Source: Bacteroidota bacterium (GTDB lineage: Bacteria; Bacteroidota; Bacteroidia; Cytophagales; Cyclobacteriaceae). From it: a DNA stretch of 64,000 bases. Below the pieces are notes generated by a model that searched no databases, was not told where the DNA came from, and saw only the letters and a list, made by a program, of their open reading frames with translations. Location: positions 1,011-65,010 of the forward strand of contig JBCCLN010000001.1 in the NCBI GenBank assembly GCA_039026865.1, read 5' to 3'. The translations under genes and the position numbers were made by a program. Positions 38,597 through 48,855 of the stretch are shown one piece after another; the first letter of the stretch is position 1; each line of letters opens with the position of its first letter.

Positions 38597-40882
38597 TTAT
38601 TGAGATTTTAATTTTTTCTTCAGTTCGGATAATTCACTGGACAATTCTTGAATCGCTTTGATCATAGGACAAATAAATTCAGTATATCTTAGTCCGTAAC
38701 TGTCCACATCTTCACCCTTAACTGTTCCTATTTGCCTTATAAAACCTGCAAAATCCTTTACCCCTTCCTCAGTTTTTAAGGTCTCTTCCACTTCCTGTGC
38801 AATCAATCCATAATGAGTTCTTTCACCCGTAATCCATTTGTACTTCACCGGGTTTAAGGAATTAATAAATTCCAGGCCAAGGTCCGATCTTTCTATCTCT
38901 TTCTTTTCTCTTCTATCGGACGTAGATATCATTCCATTTAAGGCATATATAGTATCAAATATATTATAAAGTCTTCCAAGATTTATAATTCCAGGGTATC
39001 CCGGCACTACCGCACCATTCTCCCCATCAGCTCCATTACCATTTCCTTTGCTTCTAATACCTGGAGTTAAAATAACGTCTCCTCCATCAGCTCCTTTTAT
39101 ATTCGTTCCTGTCGGAAAGGCAGCATGCCCTGCCTCTAATTTAAGGGAGCCCCCAGGTATGGCAGCATCATTAAAATTTGTGATCGTTCCTCCATCCCCT
39201 GCCTTTAGTGTTAAGATCCTTGCTTTAGTCCCAGCGGGAGTATTTAGCGATATAGATAAAGACTTATCAGAAACTATAGTTGATGTAGTGTCATCAGAAC
39301 TGCCACCATTCAAAATGATATCTCCGCCTTCAATTTCCCCGTACCCTACATGTACGCCTGTGCCTACAAATTTACCGGTACTATTAATAACAACATCATT
39401 ATCAAGACGATAATTATTCTGAGTATTAATCACACCATAAGTATTAACTCCTCCCCCACCTACAAACTGTCTAGAAGTATTGATCACATCAATATCATCT
39501 ATGCGATACTCATTCGAAGTATTAATTACACCTATAGTATCAACACCCCCCGAACCAACAAACTGCCTAGAGGTATTGATCACATCAGTATTATCTATTC
39601 GGTAACTAGTCCAAGTATTAATCACCCCATTTGTATTAACGCCTCCCGGGCCTACAAATTGACTGGCAGTGTTAATCACATCTACATTATCAAGACGATA
39701 TTCATTTGATGTATTAATCAAGCCTGAAGTATTTACACCCCCTGATCCTACAAAAGTATTAGAAGTGATAATATCTGTAGAAATAGAAATTGTACGGTTA
39801 GTGCTTAAATCTCCACCTCCGGACAAACCATTACTGGTAAATACGGAAACCTGATTTTTTAGTCTCGCCCATGCTATACTTCCATTGGAGTCAACAACTT
39901 CAAGGCTATTCACGTCTAGCCTCCCGGTGGCATAAATTCTTAAGGTTCCATTCCAATTATTTTCTGCACCGTAACCAAACTCGAAAAGATCATTGGTGCT
40001 ATTATCATCACCCGCCGCAAATCTCATTGTAGCAGCATTATTACTTTCAATATGGGTGATCCTTCCAACATCATTAGTAGTAGCCGGGAAGGTAATAGTT
40101 GAAAACCCACCGGTTTTACGTACAGTCAGCGCAGCAACGCTGGTAGAATCTAGTGTCGCCTCATTTCCTATAAAAGATCCGCCTACCGATAGGTCAGAGT
40201 TAAAAGATGCATCCCCGGATACTGCAATCCCCCCTGAAGCAGATAAGCCATCCATTACATTAACACCATTATTGAAAATAGCAGCGCTACCCGAAACCTG
40301 GAACCCCCCTTTAAAACTGGAATTGCTTCCCACATCCAGATTACCACCAATCACGGCTAACCCCCCACTTACTTCAAGCGTATCGTTGGCCCTTACCTTT
40401 CCGCTAAAATTCACCTCTTGGGCGATCGTTTGGCTAAGAGCTACCGGATTTTTCAAAACAACATCAGAGCCTACCACATCCTGTACGTACCTCCGAACAG
40501 GTGTACTCGCTGATATCTTCAAAGACCTTTCCGTACTTACAAAAGTAGAGCTTAGTGCCGTCGCATAATCTTTAGATGCCTCTCTTGATATAGCATCGGT
40601 ATACAATCTGCTACTGGAATTATCCTGAGCATTAATATACTGATCGGTTGCTAGATCTACTTCATTCGCGCCTGCAAAAACACGTATCCGGTTGCCTAAC
40701 CAGACAAACCCGCTAGATATAGTGTAAACCGTACCAGAAGTATTGGTGAGATCTACACCACTGATCACGAACGGGTCTCTTCCGGCGTAAAAAGACTCAA
40801 AAGATTTACTTAAATCCTGTAGTGCCTGTAAATCTTCATTAAGTAGCCTTCTACCCCCGGTGTTTAATACAATTTCTACCAT
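38597..40882 (-). CDS. Tail fibre/spike with C-terminal intramolecular chaperone (peptidase S74-like)
   Basis: TSDRREKKEI cleavage motif, HYGLIAQEVE, LRYTEFICPMIKAIQEL coiled coil; internal beta-rich repeats. Confidence 0.88.
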   Translation of the reverse strand: MVEIVLNTGGRRLLNEDLQALQDLSKSFESFYAGRDPFVISGVDLTNTSGTVYTISSGFVWLGNRIRVFAGANEVDLATDQYINAQDNSSSRLYTDAISREASKDYATALSSTFVSTERSLKISASTPVRRYVQDVVGSDVVLKNPVALSQTIAQEVNFSGKVRANDTLEVSGGLAVIGGNLDVGSNSSFKGGFQVSGSAAIFNNGVNVMDGLSASGGIAVSGDASFNSDLSVGGSFIGNEATLDSTSVAALTVRKTGGFSTITFPATTNDVGRITHIESNNAATMRFAAGDDNSTNDLFEFGYGAENNWNGTLRIYATGRLDVNSLEVVDSNGSIAWARLKNQVSVFTSNGLSGGGDLSTNRTISISTDIITSNTFVGSGGVNTSGLINTSNEYRLDNVDVINTASQFVGPGGVNTNGVINTWTSYRIDNTDVINTSRQFVGSGGVDTIGVINTSNEYRIDDIDVINTSRQFVGGGGVNTYGVINTQNNYRLDNDVVINSTGKFVGTGVHVGYGEIEGGDIILNGGSSDDTTSTIVSDKSLSISLNTPAGTKARILTLKAGDGGTITNFNDAAIPGGSLKLEAGHAAFPTGTNIKGADGGDVILTPGIRSKGNGNGADGENGAVVPGYPGIINLGRLYNIFDTIYALNGMISTSDRREKKEIERSDLGLEFINSLNPVKYKWITGERTHYGLIAQEVEETLKTEEGVKDFAGFIRQIGTVKGEDVDSYGLRYTEFICPMIKAIQELSSELSELKKKLKSQ
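39368..39754 (-). repeat. Four tandem 96-bp (32 aa) repeats in the tail fibre
   Basis: FVG units begin at 39754, 39658, 39562, 39466 and 39370; consensus FVG.GGV.T.GVINT.N.YR.D..DVINT.RQ. Confidence 0.92.
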
Positions 40883-40885
40883 ATT

Positions 40886-41398
40886 TTATACATATACTAT
40901 ATCATAGTCAAAAGGTGAAACCCGATAGCTTTCAACCGTTCCCACAATTTGTCTTATCAATTCATCATTACCCTCGAATGTAGCGGGTAATAAAACTCTA
41001 AAACTTTTCGGAATATCACCCGCCTTTTCAGAAGAGAAATAGACGTCAGGAGCTGAGTCGCTTTCATATTCATAATAAGTAAAAACTTCTAATACCCCCG
41101 TTTCAAAAGAAAAATAGGTACTTATGGCTAAGTCCTCATCATGAACAATCTCTATCTTATCGTTAATAGAAGTAAAAAAAGCATTATATGTGGCATTTAG
41201 GTAGGCTTCAAAAAGCAATGTCTGTGAGGTCAAGGTGGCCACAATTCTGGTATCGTTTACATAGCGCAAAAACGTATCATTCAGAAATCGTAAAGGAAAA
41301 GTCAAAGCAAGCAACCACTGCGTTTGTCTGGGTTTCCTTAAAAATGGCGGGATCAGTCTTTGAACAGTCTTCTCTAAACTTAGATTGTAGTTCGCCAT
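40886..41398 (-). CDS. Baseplate wedge protein (putative)
   Basis: RLIPPFLRKPRQTQWLLAL pattern; lies between the baseplate J-like gene and the fibre. Confidence 0.65.
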   Translation of the reverse strand: MANYNLSLEKTVQRLIPPFLRKPRQTQWLLALTFPLRFLNDTFLRYVNDTRIVATLTSQTLLFEAYLNATYNAFFTSINDKIEIVHDEDLAISTYFSFETGVLEVFTYYEYESDSAPDVYFSSEKAGDIPKSFRVLLPATFEGNDELIRQIVGTVESYRVSPFDYDIVYV

Positions 41399-42238
41399 TT
41401 AAACGTCTACCTCTATCGTGATTAAATCTGCAAATGTCTCCCCTAATGTTGTGCTTGCCTTTAAATAACCGCTCTCTAGTATTACCCTTCTGTCTACGTT
41501 CGTATCCACAGGACTTAAAATATCCTTAAAGCTCCTTATCGTTATATTGTTAACATCTACATCTACTACATTGGCCACGCTAAGCACCGCTTCTTCAAAT
41601 TTCTGTTTATAAAATATAGCATCGAAAGGTAAGCTGACCATGAAATTATTTATTGCCGTCTCTACCTTGGTAAAAATCGTTTCATTGCTAAAAACACCAT
41701 CGTGATAAACCGTCATCTTGGGCAACAGCAGATCTGGATCCAGACTACTAATAAATATCTGTGTACCTGCAAATTTAATTTGTTCAAAATACTTATTAAG
41801 GCGTACCACTTCTATACCATCAAGTTTCTGAAGATTGGACACATTTCCCTTAGCCAGCTTCAAGATTAAGGCTCTGCCTTGCAGAGTATTTGATTCAGTA
41901 TAAGCCGCGCGTGTCACTAATCTTTGCGATTCAATAACCGGGTCATATCCGAGTTGAGTTCCGTTATTAATCACAACAAGCTCAGACCCATCCTGATACT
42001 CCAGAGCTTTTTGAGAATACCACATAGCAGTACCTTGTATGCGCTGATCCAGTAGGATATCAACTTCCTCTTTAAAGAAATCCCATAACACCTCATGCGT
42101 GTAGATAGCAACGGCCACGATAAATGTCCATAGCCTCCATATAGCAGTAGAAGAACGGCTATTGAGCTTGGATAACTCAGGTCTGCTATCTTTATATTTA
42201 ATGATACTCTCCTGTATGGTTTGTATGGATCTGGCCAT
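41399..42238 (-). CDS. Baseplate J-like protein
   Basis: MARSIQTIQ...SSTAIWRLWTFIVA, GTAMWY...ALEYQ, LSVANVVDV. Confidence 0.72.
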   Translation of the reverse strand: MARSIQTIQESIIKYKDSRPELSKLNSRSSTAIWRLWTFIVAVAIYTHEVLWDFFKEEVDILLDQRIQGTAMWYSQKALEYQDGSELVVINNGTQLGYDPVIESQRLVTRAAYTESNTLQGRALILKLAKGNVSNLQKLDGIEVVRLNKYFEQIKFAGTQIFISSLDPDLLLPKMTVYHDGVFSNETIFTKVETAINNFMVSLPFDAIFYKQKFEEAVLSVANVVDVDVNNITIRSFKDILSPVDTNVDRRVILESGYLKASTTLGETFADLITIEVDV

Positions 42239-42475
42239 TTTTACCCCTTTGAAGTATAGGTAAAAATTTAGTGAAATGTTAAAATAGGTGATGATTGAAA
42301 ACCTTCATTAATACCTTAGCAGTTGTTAATTACTTTTGTGCGGTGTTTATCTATAGACCATTACTTTGCAATGGTTCTTTCCTGAATATAGTTATCATTG
42401 TATAACTTTTATTGAAAATATCTGCTATGCATTTTGAAAACTTTGCCCTTTCCTTTGGTGTACTAGATACGAATA

Positions 42476-44032
42476 CTAATCATCATAGGTTAGTACTACC
42501 CAAGAGGGGCTAATCGAAGAGTTTGCCATATATAAATTATATTCCTGCGTCCAGTTTACGGCTAATTCCCTACTCGAAACAGACACCTTTATTGGGGCAG
42601 CAAATAAACTTCCCTCGCCACCTATTAATCCTGTCTCATTTTCATCATAATAATTTTTCCATTTAGTGAAGGTTGGGTAATAACTAGGTATTGCAAACCA
42701 TGGAAAACCATCATAATAGAATTCTCTATCTATAGAATTTGACACTTCTGCAACCATTTTAGCGCCTTTATATACATCGACGTTTCCGATCACACCATCA
42801 GGACTTACCCCAAAAAACCAAGGATATACACCAAGATATTCGACATTATTACCAGAAACCAACGTTCCTCCAGGTATCTGTCCTAAAGGATGTGGATTCC
42901 CAAAGTTGTCAGTTTTAATTGGTCCTTCAGCGTGATCGATTTCACAATGGTATGTAATAATGCCATCAATAAAAATCAGCGTGTCGGTGAATTCCGAATC
43001 AGGTATAGCATCTTTGGATGTTAAAACAACATCATCTTTATAAAGACGAAATTCAGAGGCTGCCCCAGCATCACGCTGATAATAGTAAACGTATAATTTT
43101 GATAGATGTTGAGCACCTATCTCTCCAACTTTTTGATCTACTGAATTAATGTATAAATCAGGCGCTCTATAGAAAGGCTGTACTACCCTTACTAATAAAG
43201 CTTCCGCTAACTGCTGAAAAGTCGTCCCTGCCGGAAAGGTTTGCCCGTGTTGAGCCCCCCCTACATTATCACCCCCAATATTTACCGTGATAGCAGAGGT
43301 GAGCGCAGCATTGACATCAAGGCTTTCCTGTTCAGCAATTTTAATAAAGTTAGTGTCTGAGGCCAGGTATTTATAAATGGCCCACCCGGAACTGACACTT
43401 GCATCGGCACTCGCATCTGCCACATAAATATTTTGTTGATCATTCAGGAAACCTGCCTGGGCGTCCCTGTCGGCAATATCTGTAGCTGTGGCATCTACGC
43501 TAACCACGCCCTGTATGAGATTATAAAGTTTATTCAGGGTATCACCTTCTGAAGGTACCCCATCTTTTAAAGCCATAATTGCTGAAGATAGAGCAGGGTC
43601 GGCAAAGGCGATAGCCAATGTCTTACTTACAGCAATGACCGCAATGGTTAAAGAGCTAGAAGTGATTACCGGTGGAATGCTAAAATTCGCGGGGTCAAAG
43701 GATATAGTCACCTCCTGAGAAGGGACGATCTTTATGTAATAAAGCTGATTGTCTTCAAAAAAATCACCCTCAGTATCAATGGCGGATAGCTGCGTACTCG
43801 CATGGACGTTTAATTCAAAAATTCGGGTAGTAGTAAAATTCAGAGAAGTAGATTCATTAGAAATAGTCAAGTCCTGAGATGGTAGACTCAAGTCCCCGAT
43901 CCCAAGAGAAGTTTTAAATTCACCAAAAGATATTTTTGAAGTAACACCCGTTAAGGTCCTCCAAAACGGAAACTCATCATCATCTAAAAGAACATCCTGG
44001 TTTTGTAATTCTATAATTGTTCGTTGAGCCAT
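42476..44032 (-). CDS. Virion structural protein (fibre-like, mosaic)
   Basis: DTLNKL motif, FPAGTT and Ig-like beta-rich C-terminal half; located in the tail module. Confidence 0.55.
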   Translation of the reverse strand: MAQRTIIELQNQDVLLDDDEFPFWRTLTGVTSKISFGEFKTSLGIGDLSLPSQDLTISNESTSLNFTTTRIFELNVHASTQLSAIDTEGDFFEDNQLYYIKIVPSQEVTISFDPANFSIPPVITSSSLTIAVIAVSKTLAIAFADPALSSAIMALKDGVPSEGDTLNKLYNLIQGVVSVDATATDIADRDAQAGFLNDQQNIYVADASADASVSSGWAIYKYLASDTNFIKIAEQESLDVNAALTSAITVNIGGDNVGGAQHGQTFPAGTTFQQLAEALLVRVVQPFYRAPDLYINSVDQKVGEIGAQHLSKLYVYYYQRDAGAASEFRLYKDDVVLTSKDAIPDSEFTDTLIFIDGIITYHCEIDHAEGPIKTDNFGNPHPLGQIPGGTLVSGNNVEYLGVYPWFFGVSPDGVIGNVDVYKGAKMVAEVSNSIDREFYYDGFPWFAIPSYYPTFTKWKNYYDENETGLIGGEGSLFAAPIKVSVSSRELAVNWTQEYNLYMANSSISPSWVVLTYDD

Positions 44033-44038
44033 ATTTCT

Positions 44039-44368
44039 TTATACATTTAGTACTATTTCATCCCCCAATTCCGTGACTATAAAGTCCCCGGATTCCGTAC
44101 CCAAAAATTCATGTTGAAGTGAAGGGTCGGTAAACTCACCCTCCCCATCAAAATTTGTAACTATATGATTATTTACCGTTAAAAAACGCACCACCTCATT
44201 GTCGCGAATATTTGCTTCATCAGTGACAAGGACAGTGCCGTTCACTAGCACAGTTTCCAGGCCTAAATCTGGATTATCTCGCATCAATTGCTCCACCCCC
44301 AACAGGCTTCCGTATACCTGGATGGACACATCGTAAATACTTTGCCCATATTGCACTGTATATGCCAT
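44039..44368 (-). CDS. LysM-like/tail X baseplate protein
   Basis: YTVQYGQSIYDVSIQVYGS...NPDL...L..GTVL. Confidence 0.75.
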   Translation of the reverse strand: MAYTVQYGQSIYDVSIQVYGSLLGVEQLMRDNPDLGLETVLVNGTVLVTDEANIRDNEVVRFLTVNNHIVTNFDGEGEFTDPSLQHEFLGTESGDFIVTELGDEIVLNV

Positions 44369-45058
44369 CTACTTATCTTCAAATAACTCGCTGGAGTCAA
44401 CACTGATCCGGCCATCTTCCGTAATGGAAATCCTGTCTACCTTCAATTCGTCCTTCGCCCACTCTTTTCGTATCCTGTTTTCCAACTCTTGAATATTACT
44501 TACCCCGTTAATTTCTCGCAAAATTTCAACCCCTTTAGTAGGATCATTCAATAAATTTCCCTTATTGGCCAACAAAAGCATTTTTTCATTTTGTTCAATG
44601 GAATCATCAATGGAAAAATCCCCTATCTCGTAGGTTCGAAGCGTAAATCCTCCCCTATTACCCAAATAACTCTGATACACACTTCCATCAAATACAATAT
44701 TATACCCAAAATCATCTATTCCTCTCACATTAAAAGGAGTGATTAATCGCTGCTTTTCATCCACCGCAAAAAACTTCGGCGTTTCCGTACGTATACCCAA
44801 ATTATCTACATGATAAACATAGATTAAAAAAGGAGTATCAGTAATGTTCGACTCAGGTATCTGAACAAAATCATCCATGACAAGTCCTGCCTGAAAACTC
44901 AAAACATTTGATCCTGTAGAAGTTAACTCAACTCCAAGAACTGGAAACCCGTTTTCATCACCTTCATAATTGGAAGTATGGAAAAATGGATTGTTGGAAT
45001 TCACAACCGTCAGATCATCGCTTGAAGCAATAGCTATTAGAATATCGTTTCTATTCAT
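44369..45058 (-). CDS. Baseplate protein, gp25-like C-terminus (putative)
   Basis: C-terminal LLLANKGNLLNDPTKGV...RIRKEW; position in the baseplate module. Confidence 0.55.
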   Translation of the reverse strand: MNRNDILIAIASSDDLTVVNSNNPFFHTSNYEGDENGFPVLGVELTSTGSNVLSFQAGLVMDDFVQIPESNITDTPFLIYVYHVDNLGIRTETPKFFAVDEKQRLITPFNVRGIDDFGYNIVFDGSVYQSYLGNRGGFTLRTYEIGDFSIDDSIEQNEKMLLLANKGNLLNDPTKGVEILREINGVSNIQELENRIRKEWAKDELKVDRISITEDGRISVDSSELFEDK

Positions 45059-45283
45059 TTAACTAATACTTCCTGTCCCCGTTCCGGTAACAGGCCCCCC
45101 GGTTGCACTTGACCCCACTACAGTAGTAATGACGGTTCCGGTTTTTATGTAGTCTGTTATAGCTCCCGCAAGATCATCCGCAAATTGCTTAATCTGATCC
45201 TTGCTTTCCTGGGTTGCTGTAGCGTTATATCCTAATACTAGGTTTTCAATAACCGTCGATAAATACGCAGGCACTAAAGGCAT
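45059..45283 (-). CDS. Small spike-tip-like structural protein
   Basis: 74 aa ending GGPVTGTGTGSIS; follows the spike gene apart from the ParA insert. Confidence 0.5.
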   Translation of the reverse strand: MPLVPAYLSTVIENLVLGYNATATQESKDQIKQFADDLAGAITDYIKTGTVITTVVGSSATGGPVTGTGTGSIS

Positions 45284-45420
45284 AAACTTAAAACAATTAG
45301 TTACCTCATAGTATAGGCAAAATACTTTTACTATGTTTAATAGATTGATACCATAAGGTCTATATCTTATATTTTCTTTAGATTGTATCCTGTTTACCTA
45401 AACTATATAAACAATAGAAA

Positions 45421-45579
45421 CTATAGATCCTATAGAGCCTTTCGAAACCTTTAAATATAATTGGAATCACTTTTATTTATTCGAGGTTCTTTACGCCTTT
45501 CACCAAAAAATTTGCATAAGGGAAAATATATATACTCTTTATAAAGTATATTTTGTTACTTTTCTATAGATTCTATAGA
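45421..45579. repeat. Candidate partition centromere
   Basis: CTATAGATCCTATAGA (45421-45436) and CTATAGATTCTATAGA (45564-45579) are 15/16 identical; each is two CTATAG palindromes 9 bp apart. They lie upstream of parA. Confidence 0.45.
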
Positions 45580-45693
45580 TTCTTTCTAAACTTTTTTTTA
45601 ATAATAAACTTTGTCATCTTGATTTGCTTTCTTATCATTGTCCCCGGAATATAAACCCACCTTTTCATTTAAATAATTAAAAATCATTTTTAA

Positions 45694-46467
45694 ATGAGTA
45701 AAACTATCTGTGCGATCAATGCAAAAGGAGGAGTAGCAAAGACAACCATCATTGTGAACTTAGCCGGAGCGCTGGCTAAACTTGAAAAAAAAGTATTAGT
45801 AGTAGACCTGGACCCTCAAGGAAACACTACGGAAAACCTCGGCTGCCAGGATGTAAAAGCAGACATTACCGATCTTTTACTGAAAGGTAAAAAGTTTGCT
45901 CAGGTAATGGTCGATAGGGGGGACATGCATGTTATTCCGGCTATCCATCAAAGAAGTATAAACCTGGAAACGGAACTGACCGTCACCTCACTAGGCGAAA
46001 TAAAGCTTTTAAAGGCAATTAAAGACCGGAGTGATGATTATGACTATATTCTCATAGATTGTCCTCCAGGGTTAGGGAAAATTACCAGAAACGCCGTTTA
46101 TGCCGCTAACTACTACATCATACCAATGATGGCGGAGCCTTTTTCCCTGGCCGGCCGCAATTTCATCATCAAATTCGCGAATGAAGCGCTGGAATTCAAT
46201 GACGATTTAAAAGCACTTGGGTTCGTCTTCAGTAAATACAATGAAGATCTGAGAAATAACCTTAAACACTTTGTCGTTCGCACGGTAAACAAAGATGATT
46301 TTCCCACTTTCAATACATTTATTAGAGAAGATACAAAGCTTCAATCATGCATCCCCTTTGGACAACACATTTTTGAGTTCACAGAAAATGATTCAAAATT
46401 AAAATCAACGAATGCCGTAGAAGATTACCTGGATTTAGCAAAAGAAGTCATCCAAAAAACAAAATAA
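45694..46467 (+). CDS. parA: ParA-family partition ATPase (type Ib, no N-terminal HTH)
   Basis: KGGVAKTT deviant Walker A, VDLDPQGN, YILIDCPPG, YIIPM. Confidence 0.93.
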   Translation: MSKTICAINAKGGVAKTTIIVNLAGALAKLEKKVLVVDLDPQGNTTENLGCQDVKADITDLLLKGKKFAQVMVDRGDMHVIPAIHQRSINLETELTVTSLGEIKLLKAIKDRSDDYDYILIDCPPGLGKITRNAVYAANYYIIPMMAEPFSLAGRNFIIKFANEALEFNDDLKALGFVFSKYNEDLRNNLKHFVVRTVNKDDFPTFNTFIREDTKLQSCIPFGQHIFEFTENDSKLKSTNAVEDYLDLAKEVIQKTK

Positions 46468-46470
46468 ATC

Positions 46471-46827
46471 ATGCCCACACCAGAAGAAATTGAAGCTAAA
46501 CTTAGAGCAAAAGATCAGGAAGATAAAGAAAAAAGAAGTCCCAAAACCGCAAAAAAAATCGCAGAAAGTGAAAAGAAATCTTCTGGAAAAACAGCAAAAA
46601 AAACAAGTTTAGTAAGGTACATTAATGTAGATTATAATAAAAAAAGAGGAACAGAATCCTATCATATGCACCCGGATTATGCCGAAATAATCCTTAAAAT
46701 TCAATACCTGAAACATCACAGAAATAAAGGAGGAACTCTGGAATACCTCATAGATTTTTTCCTCAATAACATATCCGAAACGCAAAGGAAAGAACTGCTC
46801 AAAATAAATATCAATGAAGACTACTGA
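46471..46827 (+). CDS. Putative ParA partner (centromere-binding, ParG/RHH-like)
   Basis: 3 nt after parA; flexible charged N-terminus and a compact strand-helix-helix-like C-terminus. Confidence 0.55.
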   Translation: MPTPEEIEAKLRAKDQEDKEKRSPKTAKKIAESEKKSSGKTAKKTSLVRYINVDYNKKRGTESYHMHPDYAEIILKIQYLKHHRNKGGTLEYLIDFFLNNISETQRKELLKININEDY

Positions 46828-47693
46828 AGGAAGTTCACCGTACTCTTTATATCATCAATCCTGTTCTTGATGGCTGTAAAGGTCGCTATGTTGATAAGTG
46901 GCTGTGTACCTATCGCCGTGCTGACGGTAGCCTGTTCCAGTCCTTCACAAATATCTGCTAATAGCTGGGCCGCTGTTGCTCCAAGTACCATCGGCTCAAC
47001 TGTTCCGCCAGCTTCAGAAACCAATTGAATCGTGTTGGATTTAATATCGATACGCGTCTTATCCACAAAATCAATATAAGAATCATCGTCCCCTTCTCTT
47101 AAAGTAACTTTAGCGTTATCTTTCGTTATCTGGAAAATAAAATCTTTGTCTTCGTTCAGTTCCTTTAGAGATATCGTAACCGTGTGACCATCATGAGCAA
47201 TCTCGGTATCCTGCCCATCTAAGGTAAAATTCTCAAAATCCTCTTCATTTTCTGTGGTCACGCGTTCAACCTTTGATATAATTTCTCGATCGGAAACTTG
47301 CATAACCAGGTTTACATGATTGCACAAAATCACAAAAGAATCTTGACCACTGTCTTGCATCAAAACCACTACTTGAGAGAATAATTTTGGAAAAATAACC
47401 GTGCCTCTTGTTATACCTTCTAAAGTCGCGTTTAATCTGGAATTGTAAATAATTGGTGACCCATTATTAGGTAAAACATCGATGGTGCCAAAGCCGTCAC
47501 CGTTTGGGTCATCATAGACCGCAACGACATCTCCAATTATTACTTGCTCTTCACGTAATTTTGGAAACTCCTGGTCAACAATTCTTTTGATAGAATCACG
47601 GATTGATACTTTAGCACTGGCTTTCACGGTCTTATCCATAATTCTTAAATTTATGTGGTATTTGAACAGTCTGCCAATACCCATCTTGACCAA
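46821..47693 (-). CDS. Baseplate central spike (Mu gp45/gpV-like)
   Basis: OB-fold-like N-terminus (GTIDV...FPKLFSQVVV), beta-rich C-terminus, EPMVLG motif. The true start may be M19. Confidence 0.7.
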   Translation of the reverse strand: MVKMGIGRLFKYHINLRIMDKTVKASAKVSIRDSIKRIVDQEFPKLREEQVIIGDVVAVYDDPNGDGFGTIDVLPNNGSPIIYNSRLNATLEGITRGTVIFPKLFSQVVVLMQDSGQDSFVILCNHVNLVMQVSDREIISKVERVTTENEEDFENFTLDGQDTEIAHDGHTVTISLKELNEDKDFIFQITKDNAKVTLREGDDDSYIDFVDKTRIDIKSNTIQLVSEAGGTVEPMVLGATAAQLLADICEGLEQATVSTAIGTQPLINIATFTAIKNRIDDIKSTVNFLQ

Positions 47694-48837
47694 AGGTCTT
47701 GTGCACGGATTTTATGATAAACTCCCCGTTCTTTTCAGTATTAGTAGGGTCTATAACATACAAGGTTGTGGCAGGTTGCAAATTGTTATCTCCGAAGGCG
47801 ATAAAATGTCCGCCAAATCCAGTATCTACAATCTTAAAAAAATCACCCATCACATTCTCTAAAAGTTCATCGCGTTCAAGTCCGTAGTAGTGAAGGGTGC
47901 GAGTCTGATACTGGTCCAGGTTAATCGTGGTATTATTCAGGTCTCGTTCAATCCTCTGCGCATCTTCCCGGACTTCCTCTTGGGTTTTACGTGTGTCAGC
48001 TTCTTGAACTACGATAAGTCGATCATCCATTTCTTCAGGATGCAACACGACAGTCATAGTTAGGCTTTTATTATTTTGATGTCTTGAGACAGCCCGAACG
48101 GCCACAGCTCGCTTATCAATCGTATTCAATATAAGCTGGTCACCATTATCTGCTGGTACATCGTACTCCAGATTGTAAGTAGGTGGAGTATAATCAGGGG
48201 CTTCGCTGGACCTTAATATATTCGCGCTGTTACTGAAAAAACTCCTCCCCACAACTAGCTGGCCATCTCTGATATAAGAAATTAGTCCGTCTTTCTTCCA
48301 CTCATTAAGTATCTGAGCAACGGTTACATTGTTAAATCGGATTTTACCAAAAGTAATCTGCTCAGGTTTAACAACTGAGTGTAGGGAAACACCAGTACCA
48401 TCTAGCAATTGATCAATAAAATCACTTAACTTATTTCTCGGGCCTCGTAGACTCAGTGAAATCTTCTTTCGCTTGAGTAGCCACGCTGCATCTTCACATA
48501 AGAGCGCAAAAGGGCGCTTAGGATCAATACCGGTAACGTAGCCCTGAAAAACCAGAGCATTGTTAAAATCATAGCCTAGCTTGATTTCGATACTATCACC
48601 CGGCCTGAAAAGGCCACGTTGAGTGAACCCATCCGAATCCATCAATACATAAGTGTTGAGTCCGCTAGTATCTTTTACAATCCATCGATTATGTTTCGGT
48701 AAAACGACTTTCGCAGTATCCGTTACCGTATCATAACTTGAATCAACGGTTACGCTAATACACTCAAAAAATTTTACAAAATCACCTCCTGGATTAGTTA
48801 CCTTTATTTCGCAACTTATTTTATTGTATTGACTCAT
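47632..48837 (-). CDS. Baseplate hub (Mu gp44/gpD-like)
   Basis: LTDTA-like SYDTVTDTAKVVLP, GDSIEIKLGYD, VFQGYVT, LCED, EFIIKSVHKTFG. Confidence 0.8.
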   Translation of the reverse strand: MSQYNKISCEIKVTNPGGDFVKFFECISVTVDSSYDTVTDTAKVVLPKHNRWIVKDTSGLNTYVLMDSDGFTQRGLFRPGDSIEIKLGYDFNNALVFQGYVTGIDPKRPFALLCEDAAWLLKRKKISLSLRGPRNKLSDFIDQLLDGTGVSLHSVVKPEQITFGKIRFNNVTVAQILNEWKKDGLISYIRDGQLVVGRSFFSNSANILRSSEAPDYTPPTYNLEYDVPADNGDQLILNTIDKRAVAVRAVSRHQNNKSLTMTVVLHPEEMDDRLIVVQEADTRKTQEEVREDAQRIERDLNNTTINLDQYQTRTLHYYGLERDELLENVMGDFFKIVDTGFGGHFIAFGDNNLQPATTLYVIDPTNTEKNGEFIIKSVHKTFGQDGYWQTVQIPHKFKNYG

Positions 48838-48855
48838 TTTAGTTACTCAATCAGC

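Noticed and set aside
38597-40882. Diversity-generating retroelement acting on the fibre
   Set aside because: No reverse transcriptase and no separate template repeat differing only at adenines were seen; the repeats are in-frame tandem units.
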